From IMG/VR virus record IMGVR_UViG_3300001533_001549: DNA of 20,000 bases. The stretch is one strand, 5' to 3'. A program made the position numbers and the translations under genes. This DNA is from an uncultured virus (IMG/VR IMGVR_UViG_3300001533_001549). Lineage: Duplodnaviria; Heunggongvirae; Uroviricota; Caudoviricetes. This document shows positions 8,199-15,229 of the stretch, one piece after another (positions within the stretch are counted from its first letter, which is position 1; each line of letters opens with the position of its first letter). Below the pieces are notes generated by a model. It made no database searches and had not been told where the DNA came from. It was given only the letters and a program-made list of their open reading frames with translations.

Positions 8199-8479
8199 CA
8201 TTCGGACAAGCTTTGATGGAAGTGAAACAGGGTGAGAAAATCGCGAGAGTCGGTTGGAACGGCAAGAACATGTGGGTCGCCATGACACCTGGTAAAGTTC
8301 TTGATCTGGAGAAAAATGACATCTGGCCGAAGAACATCAAGGATGTCGCGGTCGCCAATGGTGGAACCGTTGAGATTCTGCCCTATCTCACAATGAAGAC
8401 TGTTGACAACAAGATTGTGATGGGTTGGCTTGCTTCACAGACCGACATGTTGGCCAACGACTGGTTCATAGTAGAGTGA
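8195..8479 (+). CDS. tad2: DUF2829 / Tad2-family protein (Thoeris anti-defence 2-like nucleotide sponge)
   Basis: MTFGQAL..VKQGEKIARVGWNGKNMWV ... PYLTMKT..NKIVMGWLASQTDMLANDW is the hallmark DUF2829 sequence; GGAGG RBS. Confidence 0.88.
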   Translation: MTFGQALMEVKQGEKIARVGWNGKNMWVAMTPGKVLDLEKNDIWPKNIKDVAVANGGTVEILPYLTMKTVDNKIVMGWLASQTDMLANDWFIVE

Positions 8480-8480
8480 C

Positions 8481-9062
8481 GTGCGGTATCTCAAAAGGAT
8501 AATCAGAAAAGCCACAAAGCCCATCAGAAACAACATCAAGGGTTTTGTCGGCGAAAGTGCTGTTGCGAAAAAACTTTCCGGTTTCCGATACTCCGTTCAT
8601 GACTTGCTTTTCAATGACGGCATCAAGAGCGTCCAGATCGATCATATCGTTATCACAAGAAGCGGAATCCACGTCATCGAAACCAAGAACTACGGAGGAA
8701 AGATCTACGGCAAGCCGGACTCGAAGACTTGGTATCAGTATGTTGGAACAAAAAAATCCGAGTTCATGAATCCTGTCCGACAAAACCAAGGACATATCTG
8801 GGCTCTTCAAAGAGTCTTGGGGAACAGGAATGACGATCTGTTCCATTCGTATGTCGTTTTCACGGACAAAGCTACAATAGCGACAGAGCTTCCGATTGTG
8901 GCATTGTCGGAAATCAAAGGAAAAATCGAAGAGCGATCGCCATTCTTGAGCGAAGACCAAGTCGAAGGCCTTTACAAAAAGATTATGACAATCAAAAAGA
9001 ACAACACCATAACAAAACGACAGCACATCAAGAGTGTGCAAAAAAGAATGAAGAATGTCTGA
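8481..9062 (+). CDS. NERD domain nuclease-related protein
   Basis: KGFVGE..V, HDL, QIDHIVITRSGIHVIETKNYGGKIYG, W.Q, NPVRQNQGHI are classic NERD motifs. GTG start has a weak RBS. Confidence 0.9.
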   Translation: MRYLKRIIRKATKPIRNNIKGFVGESAVAKKLSGFRYSVHDLLFNDGIKSVQIDHIVITRSGIHVIETKNYGGKIYGKPDSKTWYQYVGTKKSEFMNPVRQNQGHIWALQRVLGNRNDDLFHSYVVFTDKATIATELPIVALSEIKGKIEERSPFLSEDQVEGLYKKIMTIKKNNTITKRQHIKSVQKRMKNV

Positions 9063-9228
9063 TTGGTACAGGGGACGATATCGCCCTCCGAAAAGAAGCG
9101 GCGGAGACACCGAAGGAATCCTCGGGGTTCTGGTCTACGGAACAATGATCATGATTGTTATCTACGCTTTGCCAGTGATTCTTATTGTTCTTTTAATCAA
9201 GTGGATTGTGGACTCAACAAGAAAATAA
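9055..9228 (+). CDS. 57-aa membrane protein missed by the ORF track (MSDWYRGRYRPPKRSGGDTEGILGVLVYGTMIMIVIYALPVILIVLLIKWIVDSTRK)
   Basis: Manual translation from ATG 9055 (overlapping the NERD stop) to TAA 9226-9228; long hydrophobic segment flanked by basic residues. Confidence 0.65.
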   Translation: MSDWYRGRYRPPKRSGGDTEGILGVLVYGTMIMIVIYALPVILIVLLIKWIVDSTRK

Positions 9229-9232
9229 ATAA

Positions 9233-9350
9233 CCTGGCGTCGCTGTCCGGCATCTTCTAAACACCACGAGCCAAACCGGTCAAGCCGACCGCGGGGTGCG
9301 TTCCATATATTGAATACACAGCCAATTGGGCAAAGGGTTGTGGCGCCAGG
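9233..9350 (+). ncRNA. Candidate structured RNA of unknown family
   Basis: Largest non-coding stretch in the window. Nested helices: 9233-9243/9340-9350, 9244-9250/9326-9332, 9250-9256/9293-9299, 9277-9281/9287-9291, with many G-U pairs that work only on the + strand. Confidence 0.5.
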
Positions 9351-9368
9351 GTACAAGGAGGAAATACC

Positions 9369-9587
9369 ATGCGTTTCGTATATTTGAAGGAAGTATCGTT
9401 TGACTTGGCACATCTTGTGGCGTTTAGCGCGACGAGCATTCCGGAGACGATGAGAACTCCGGAGTACCCGACACTCACATTGTGGCTGCATGGGTTCACC
9501 CAACCTGTCGTAGCTGTCTATGAAACGGAAGAAGAGCGTATGGAAGCGATCAATTTTATCAAAGAGTCTCTTGAGTCCATAGAATAG
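9369..9587 (+). CDS. Hypothetical protein, 72 aa
   Basis: AAGGAGG at 9355-9361; clean ORF ending just before the next RBS. Confidence 0.75.
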   Translation: MRFVYLKEVSFDLAHLVAFSATSIPETMRTPEYPTLTLWLHGFTQPVVAVYETEEERMEAINFIKESLESIE

Positions 9588-9598
9588 GAGGTGGCTGT

Positions 9599-10777
9599 AT
9601 GACTGATAGCAACCTGGACAAGAAGCTAGGCAAGATCAGAAGTATTGTCACAGACAAACGCAAACGGAGTTCATTGTTCTTACTCCTCACATTTGTTGCC
9701 ATTCTCATGTTGAACGGGCTTCTTCCTGTCATTGAAGGTTCCGCGCATTATACTGTGGAACCTGTAGAAATGTCTTATGGCGAATACAAAGCACTCAAAG
9801 CCGAGGATACAAGGTACCAGTTGACGTTTTTATCAGAAGGTCTGATCGAGGTTTACACGCTGCGCTATGAGATCAGTCATCCTGAAGTTTCTTCGGAGGA
9901 TATGATCCTGGTCGAACCTCCCGATAATTTCCCAGTCAAAGCGTACACAAAATTCTTTTTTGCACACACCTTCTGGTACATCTCAACTGCGATATCGTTA
10001 GGATCTTCGATACTTCTCTTCTATAGTCTGTTCAACTACATGCTGATCAGATCCAAGGAAAGCAACGACGATTACAAGGAACTTGACAACAAGGTCAATG
10101 AATTCATTGACAGGTCTGTGGATCCCAATACGTTCGAGCCGTGGATGGACGAAGCCTTCAACAAACGACGTAAGATTCTGCAACATGAAAGCAATGTCAA
10201 ATACGAAATATCGAAACTTGACAAGTCTGTTGATTTCCGTATTAAACAGAAGCTGAAGAAGTACTTCGAGCATGATTGTGACAAATCTTTCGCTCCTACG
10301 GATCTGACAAAACAGGAACAGAAATATATGCGACGTAAAGAAGCTTTGCTTGCGCAACTTGATCCAGTCTATATCGAACAGTACGTCGTGGAAGCGAACA
10401 TCAAAAATTTCAAGTACATTCATCCGATGTTTGTTTATAATGGAACAAACAAAGAAGGAAGAACAACCGACGGGTATTCGCTCATCAAGACTGACGCGGA
10501 ACGTATCGGTGGAGACGCTGGAAGAAAAGTGGCCTTGTTGATTTCGTTTACGTTATTGTTTGCTGTGCTGTTCACGATGACCGCTGTGGCGTCCATCGGT
10601 AAGGATCCGTTTTGGATTATGGTGAATGTCCTCGCAAAAATCACTCCGTTGGTTATGCAGATTCCGTTTGCAATAGACTATACTGAAAACTTCATGTCGA
10701 CTCAGATCATGACCAATCTTATCAGTCGGCGTAACATCGCGTTATTGTACCTTGGTAAACAAAAGGAGATGGTATGA
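9599..10777 (+). CDS. Multi-pass membrane protein (about 4 TM, large central soluble domain)
   Basis: AGGAGG RBS; hydrophobic segments SLFLLLTFVAILMLNGLL, FWYISTAISLGSSILLFYSLF, VALLISFTLLFAVLFTMTAVA, FWIMVNVLAKITPLVM. Confidence 0.8.
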   Translation: MTDSNLDKKLGKIRSIVTDKRKRSSLFLLLTFVAILMLNGLLPVIEGSAHYTVEPVEMSYGEYKALKAEDTRYQLTFLSEGLIEVYTLRYEISHPEVSSEDMILVEPPDNFPVKAYTKFFFAHTFWYISTAISLGSSILLFYSLFNYMLIRSKESNDDYKELDNKVNEFIDRSVDPNTFEPWMDEAFNKRRKILQHESNVKYEISKLDKSVDFRIKQKLKKYFEHDCDKSFAPTDLTKQEQKYMRRKEALLAQLDPVYIEQYVVEANIKNFKYIHPMFVYNGTNKEGRTTDGYSLIKTDAERIGGDAGRKVALLISFTLLFAVLFTMTAVASIGKDPFWIMVNVLAKITPLVMQIPFAIDYTENFMSTQIMTNLISRRNIALLYLGKQKEMV

Positions 10778-11127
10778 TGCCCAAAAGAATATCAGCAGAT
10801 ATCGATATAGCAATCCTCACTGATATCGGACTCGGGTTGCCTTATAAAGATATTGCGGTCAAGCACAATGTATCCGCATCATATGTGTCCAAAGTAGCCA
10901 ATGGCAAAAAAGTTCCTGACATCCATGTTCCGGAGCCGAGCAAGACTCTTGATGACGACATTGAAACATTCACGGACGATATCGAGGCTGTGTCAGAACT
11001 GCTAGGACGCAGAAAAGTTGTAGCGGACAAGAAGTCCGTAGAAGAGTATTTGAAAACGCAATTGTATAGAACAATTGTGCGTGCGAAGATCTATGTCGAG
11101 CTTTTGAAAAAATATAAAGGAGATTGA
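10774..11127 (+). CDS. Helix-turn-helix DNA-binding protein
   Basis: GLPYKDIAVKHNVSASYVSKVANG is an HTH signature; AAGGAG RBS. Confidence 0.78.
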   Translation: MMPKRISADIDIAILTDIGLGLPYKDIAVKHNVSASYVSKVANGKKVPDIHVPEPSKTLDDDIETFTDDIEAVSELLGRRKVVADKKSVEEYLKTQLYRTIVRAKIYVELLKKYKGD

Positions 11128-11129
11128 TT

Positions 11130-11999
11130 ATGCCTGAAAAAGATATGACTCTCGATCAAATGCTGACCCAAGCTGCAGGCGGCACCGCTGCGACAACCGC
11201 GGAAGACGAAACAATCGAAGGCGATGGAGCGACCCAAGCCGATGAAACGCTTGAGGAAGACGTGAATACCGGAAGTGACGAGACAACCGAAGAAGATGAA
11301 ACCTCTGATGACGATGAAGCCGCCGAGGACGAAAATCCTAAAAAGAAACCTGATAAGAAAAAGCCTAACCCGATGAAGGAAGTACGCGATCGATACAACA
11401 CTGAAAAACAAATGCGGGAGAAAATCGACACGCTGATCAACAAGTTCACAACAGGTGATTACAGTTTCAAGTTGAAAGATTTCTCGGTCGACGGCAAGCT
11501 GGACTATGAAGGTCTCGAAGCTGCGATGTCCGAAGCTGATAACAAAGTCAAAGCGGAAGCCAGAGGCGTGTCTCCGGAAGTACAGGCGGAGATTGATCGT
11601 ATCGAAAGAGAGAAGCTTGAACTCGAACGTGAAAAGTTGCGCGTGTCGATGGACAGGGCTTTGACAGACTTGCAGTTGGAACGAAGTATCAAAAGCGCGG
11701 AAATCAACAAGTTCTTCAAAGATTCGATGGCTGCTGGCAAAAATCCTTACACGTGGCTGGCCCAGGGCGGAAGTCTTAACGATCTGTATGACACAATCTA
11801 TCGCGACAATCTTATCCAAAATCGGATTGATACCGCGGTAGCTGAGGCGCGCGCGAAATGGGAAGAGGACGCGAACCGCAAGAATCGCGTGCATCTGCCT
11901 AATCCCGCGAGAAGCACTCCGGATCGAAGCACAGACACAGGTGAAGGTGTTTCGATGGACAAGCTTCTTGCGGAAGCCGCCAGCAAAAGGCGCCGCTAG
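11130..11999 (+). CDS. Putative capsid scaffolding protein
   Basis: Very acidic disordered N-terminus, coiled-coil middle, P-rich linker and short basic C-terminal helix (SMDKLLAEAASKRRR), typical scaffold architecture; ATG 11130 after AAAGGAG. Confidence 0.65.
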   Translation: MPEKDMTLDQMLTQAAGGTAATTAEDETIEGDGATQADETLEEDVNTGSDETTEEDETSDDDEAAEDENPKKKPDKKKPNPMKEVRDRYNTEKQMREKIDTLINKFTTGDYSFKLKDFSVDGKLDYEGLEAAMSEADNKVKAEARGVSPEVQAEIDRIEREKLELEREKLRVSMDRALTDLQLERSIKSAEINKFFKDSMAAGKNPYTWLAQGGSLNDLYDTIYRDNLIQNRIDTAVAEARAKWEEDANRKNRVHLPNPARSTPDRSTDTGEGVSMDKLLAEAASKRRR

Positions 12000-12005
12000 T
12001 GTACC

Positions 12006-12031
12006 AACTGCCCTTTAACAGGGCGGTTTTT
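12006..12031 (+). terminator. Intrinsic terminator after the scaffold gene
   Basis: AACTGCCCT-ttaac-AGGGCGGTT stem-loop running into TTTTT. Confidence 0.8.
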
Positions 12032-12072
12032 GCTTTGAAGGTCTACTTTCTTTATAATGTCTGTGTTATAAT
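12030..12072 (+). promoter_or_regulatory. Tandem sigma70/sigA promoters
   Basis: TTGCTT (12030-12035), 17 nt, TATAAT (12053-12058); second extended -10 TGtTATAAT (12064-12072). Confidence 0.7.
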
Positions 12073-12105
12073 GAAGGCGTATATAGCGATGTGGAGGTGT
12101 GCGCA

Positions 12106-13356
12106 TTGACCCGACAAGAGATTGTACAGGAACTTAACCGGTTGAAACTCCAACATAATTTGACATGGCCTGACGTTCAAAGAGATGCGGACAAAGCGAT
12201 ATATCGTATCAACGCTTACATGGGCGCGCAGTATCCGAAGATGTCAGATATTTTACTTTCGGATACGTCGACATACACTGTACGTGTGGACAGCGTCGAT
12301 CACCCTTTCTTCCCTGAACAATACATACTTGAAGTGGTCATACCTTACATCGCGATGGAAGTCCTGGCACGCGACGAAGAATTCACAACCGTATACAATA
12401 AATACGCCAAGGATCTTGAAGACGGCTTGTTCAATATGTTCCAAAACGAGTTTAACAAAGTCCCACTCGCGTTTAGGCAACAACCTGACCAAGGCGTCTT
12501 TTTTGCTTCCGACACAGTCGAAGCTGCCATTCTACGAAACACTGTGGCAGATCTTCCCGTGTTCAAATTCAGGGTTTACTATCATATCAATTCATCAGCG
12601 ATCACTGTTCCCAACGGATTGTCTTTCGTCGAAGACACACATGCTTATGGTTACGGTGAAGCTGCGACTGTTCTCGGGGCACAGTATGTCGAAAGTGCCA
12701 CGAACCGTGTAGTGTTCATGCATCCTGAAGGACATACCGCATACCTGTTCCAAGGGTGGTACCGTGATCCATTGCTTACCACACCCGTTCCGATCATGCC
12801 CGATGATGAGCTTACTATGAGTATGGACATGCATCTCTACGCGAAATGGGAAGCTGTATCGACATTGTCCTGTTCCGAAGGTGAGCTTTCTCTTGTTGCG
12901 GGTTACGAAAACAGTATCACATATCTGCGTATTCCTGATTATGTCAATAACGTACGTGTCAAAGAGATACCTACAGGGTTTTCAACAGCGGCGACCAATC
13001 TTTCAACAATTGTCCTTCCGAAGTTCCTTACACATATACGTACGCAAGCGTTTTTAAACAGTCCTGTATCGCAGATTATCTTTGCAGAGACTCCTCTTGA
13101 AGAGGGTTTCTATGAAGGTATTACAATTGAAACGCTTGCGTTTTCAGGTACGTCAAATTTTACAAGTGTCGTACTCCCTGCTAATGTAATAGCGATTGCA
13201 GCGAATAGTTTTCCTGTTGTAGCAAATAAACATCTTGATATTTATTGTCGTATTCTTATTGACAATGAGCCTGATGGTTGGGTACCTGGATGGTATGCTG
13301 CAACCTCGGAAGCAGCTAATTACAGTGTAGCTGTAACATGGGGATATAATGGCTAG
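12106..13356 (+). CDS. Head-tail adaptor-like protein fused to InlB-B/Listeria-Bacteroides repeat and BspA-type leucine-rich repeats
   Basis: TTG 12106 after GGAGG (12093-12097). Helical N-domain (DADKAIYRINAYMG...FPEQY...VIPYIA) in adaptor position; YLFQGWYRD...DMHLYAKWE repeat; LRIPDYV..VKEI, LSTIVLPKFLTHIRTQAF, TSVVLPANVIAIAANSF LRR units. Confidence 0.65.
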   Translation: MTRQEIVQELNRLKLQHNLTWPDVQRDADKAIYRINAYMGAQYPKMSDILLSDTSTYTVRVDSVDHPFFPEQYILEVVIPYIAMEVLARDEEFTTVYNKYAKDLEDGLFNMFQNEFNKVPLAFRQQPDQGVFFASDTVEAAILRNTVADLPVFKFRVYYHINSSAITVPNGLSFVEDTHAYGYGEAATVLGAQYVESATNRVVFMHPEGHTAYLFQGWYRDPLLTTPVPIMPDDELTMSMDMHLYAKWEAVSTLSCSEGELSLVAGYENSITYLRIPDYVNNVRVKEIPTGFSTAATNLSTIVLPKFLTHIRTQAFLNSPVSQIIFAETPLEEGFYEGITIETLAFSGTSNFTSVVLPANVIAIAANSFPVVANKHLDIYCRILIDNEPDGWVPGWYAATSEAANYSVAVTWGYNG

Positions 13357-15229
13357 GCGGGCGGTTCAAGGGTACACTGAAAAGTCGTACTATGAAAATA
13401 TAAGGTTCCTCGGGACGGTCGCAACCAATGATCCTTTGAATGAAGGTTATTTCAGGCAGCTTGTAAACTACACCATATCAGATACCGGCCAATCAGTCAC
13501 ACCGCGCGAAGGTTTCTTGACAACCACATTGATTTGCGATGATACCAGGGTCACCCTAAGTGATTCTATTGTCATTTACAAAGACGACAACGTGCAGAAC
13601 CACGTTGTCTTTGATTACAAAGAACAGCGGGCGTTCATTGTTGAACTCTCTCCAACCAATGTCACTGATAAGATGCTGGTTGCGTCATCCGAGATATCAA
13701 ATTTGGATTGGACAGACGTGCTTTTCTATATCAGATCGAATGTCTCCAGCGCTCAGGATTATTATGAAACGCTTACTAGCACTGATGAAGATAATAATGC
13801 AGACCTTTTAGAAGAGCTTATGAAATACATGACTCTTTCCAAAGAGACTTACAAATTTAAGGACATCAATACAATCGATAAAGTCTTGTTGAAATTCACA
13901 ATTATGGACAACGATAATTTTGAAGTTGCAAACAATAAGTTTACGTTCATGGCCAGCGTGTACTATAGGGAGAACGAAACAACTGTAGGTGATACGACCT
14001 ATGCAGCGGATACTTTAGTGTTTCTTCCCATTGATCTGGATGACCACCCAACGTATGATGTGACCGCTCGGAACATTGCGTCATCCAAGTCCATCATTCC
14101 TGATCCGATGCAAATGATCTACGAGGATGAAGAAAGTCCAGCGGGTCACACAGACCTTCTTTGGCCTGCGCTTTACGTCAAAAATTCTAATAACGAATAT
14201 ATGACAAATGCTGTTGAAAAGAACGCGGAGTATTCTTTCATTCCGTTTTTCAATCTGAAAAGTGCGAATGATATCTTGAATCCCGTTGAAGGTGACGCTG
14301 CTCATTGGGCGTTCATGTTCGAAGTTGTCAGCACTGACAACTATACAGACGAAGAGCTGATGCACAAATGTACTATATTTCGAAGTGTTTGGCACACTTT
14401 CGACACTGAAGCGTCGCCACCGTTTGCAGATAGACTGTTTACACGAAGAACCACTTCCGATTTTATTAACACAGATAAGTCTTTGCGGCACTACAAAGAA
14501 GCCACAATCATGATAACGGTAGTTCCTGAAGACCTTGCAAGCGGGACCATCGAAGAGAAGCTTCCCTATGCATCAACTTATACGCCATCGTATCCCACAC
14601 AACCTTCTTATACTTCATATGAGGACAGACATGCTCTTTGGGCACAGACTATCGCAAATTCCATAGAGCTTGTGGATACTATTAGAACTTTATCTGAGAC
14701 TGCCCGTTTTTCTGTATATGATTTGCAGACAGGCACAAATTTTCCTGATAACGGTTTGATCGGGGACTTTAGCGCGGAACACTTATACATAAGCGATGTA
14801 ATAGAACACAATGAACGTACCATCAGTGGGGTGGACTTGCTTAAAATGTGTCTTGAAGGTTTTTTCAAAGAAAAAAACGTAGGGTTTCGTTTACTTCCTT
14901 ATGCAACAAAATTGGATCAAAAATATTATGATAGTTCAGGTTCTCTTGTGTACTCCATGAACTATATCTTTTATTCAAATCTTTCTGAAGTTCCGTCTGC
15001 TTGGGGATGGGACGACGCTGAACTGTCACTTTTTGAGGAGCACAATAATCGTTTCGATGGTCTTGAGTACTTTGGTGTTTATGATGGTGATATGATACTT
15101 TTATCAAGTACGATACTAAAATCGTCAACAGGTGGTTATCCTAATCTTGAATTTGATCTTGCTTCATTGGGATTTTTCCGAAACGGATACCACATCAATT
15201 TCTATATGAGGCCTTATGAAGACAAATGA
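13349..15229 (+). CDS. Tail nozzle / DNA-stabilisation-like virion protein, N-terminal part
   Basis: Follows the adaptor. N-terminal RFLG...LVNY.IS..G.SVTPREG resembles the start of P22 gp10/T7 gp12-like proteins; beta-rich. Confidence 0.55.
   Translation: MARRAVQGYTEKSYYENIRFLGTVATNDPLNEGYFRQLVNYTISDTGQSVTPREGFLTTTLICDDTRVTLSDSIVIYKDDNVQNHVVFDYKEQRAFIVELSPTNVTDKMLVASSEISNLDWTDVLFYIRSNVSSAQDYYETLTSTDEDNNADLLEELMKYMTLSKETYKFKDINTIDKVLLKFTIMDNDNFEVANNKFTFMASVYYRENETTVGDTTYAADTLVFLPIDLDDHPTYDVTARNIASSKSIIPDPMQMIYEDEESPAGHTDLLWPALYVKNSNNEYMTNAVEKNAEYSFIPFFNLKSANDILNPVEGDAAHWAFMFEVVSTDNYTDEELMHKCTIFRSVWHTFDTEASPPFADRLFTRRTTSDFINTDKSLRHYKEATIMITVVPEDLASGTIEEKLPYASTYTPSYPTQPSYTSYEDRHALWAQTIANSIELVDTIRTLSETARFSVYDLQTGTNFPDNGLIGDFSAEHLYISDVIEHNERTISGVDLLKMCLEGFFKEKNVGFRLLPYATKLDQKYYDSSGSLVYSMNYIFYSNLSEVPSAWGWDDAELSLFEEHNNRFDGLEYFGVYDGDMILLSSTILKSSTGGYPNLEFDLASLGFFRNGYHINFYMRPYEDK

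Noticed and set aside
9063..9260. 65-aa ORF from the track (MVQGTISP...)
   Set aside because: The overlapping 9055-9228 frame has an ATG coupled to NERD and a coherent TM helix; this one has a TTG start, no RBS and runs into the structured region.
9258..9300. Twister-ribozyme-like wording (TAAACAC...GCCAAACCGGTCAAGCC)
   Set aside because: Resemblance is superficial; I could not build the twister P1/P2/P4 and pseudoknot pairings. No tRNA, SRP or ZTP consensus fits either.
9439..9466. TCCGGAG...CTCCGGA inverted repeat
   Set aside because: Short, built from a self-complementary hexamer inside a coding region (IPE/TPE codons); plausibly chance.
13240..13356. DGR variable region
   Set aside because: No reverse transcriptase and no adenine-variant template copy seen in the window.
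15227..15229. TGA-to-Trp recoding (code 4) as the explanation for the split gene
   Set aside because: The downstream ORF is in a different frame, Trp is encoded by TGG throughout, and many genes end in coupled ATGA/TGATG stops.
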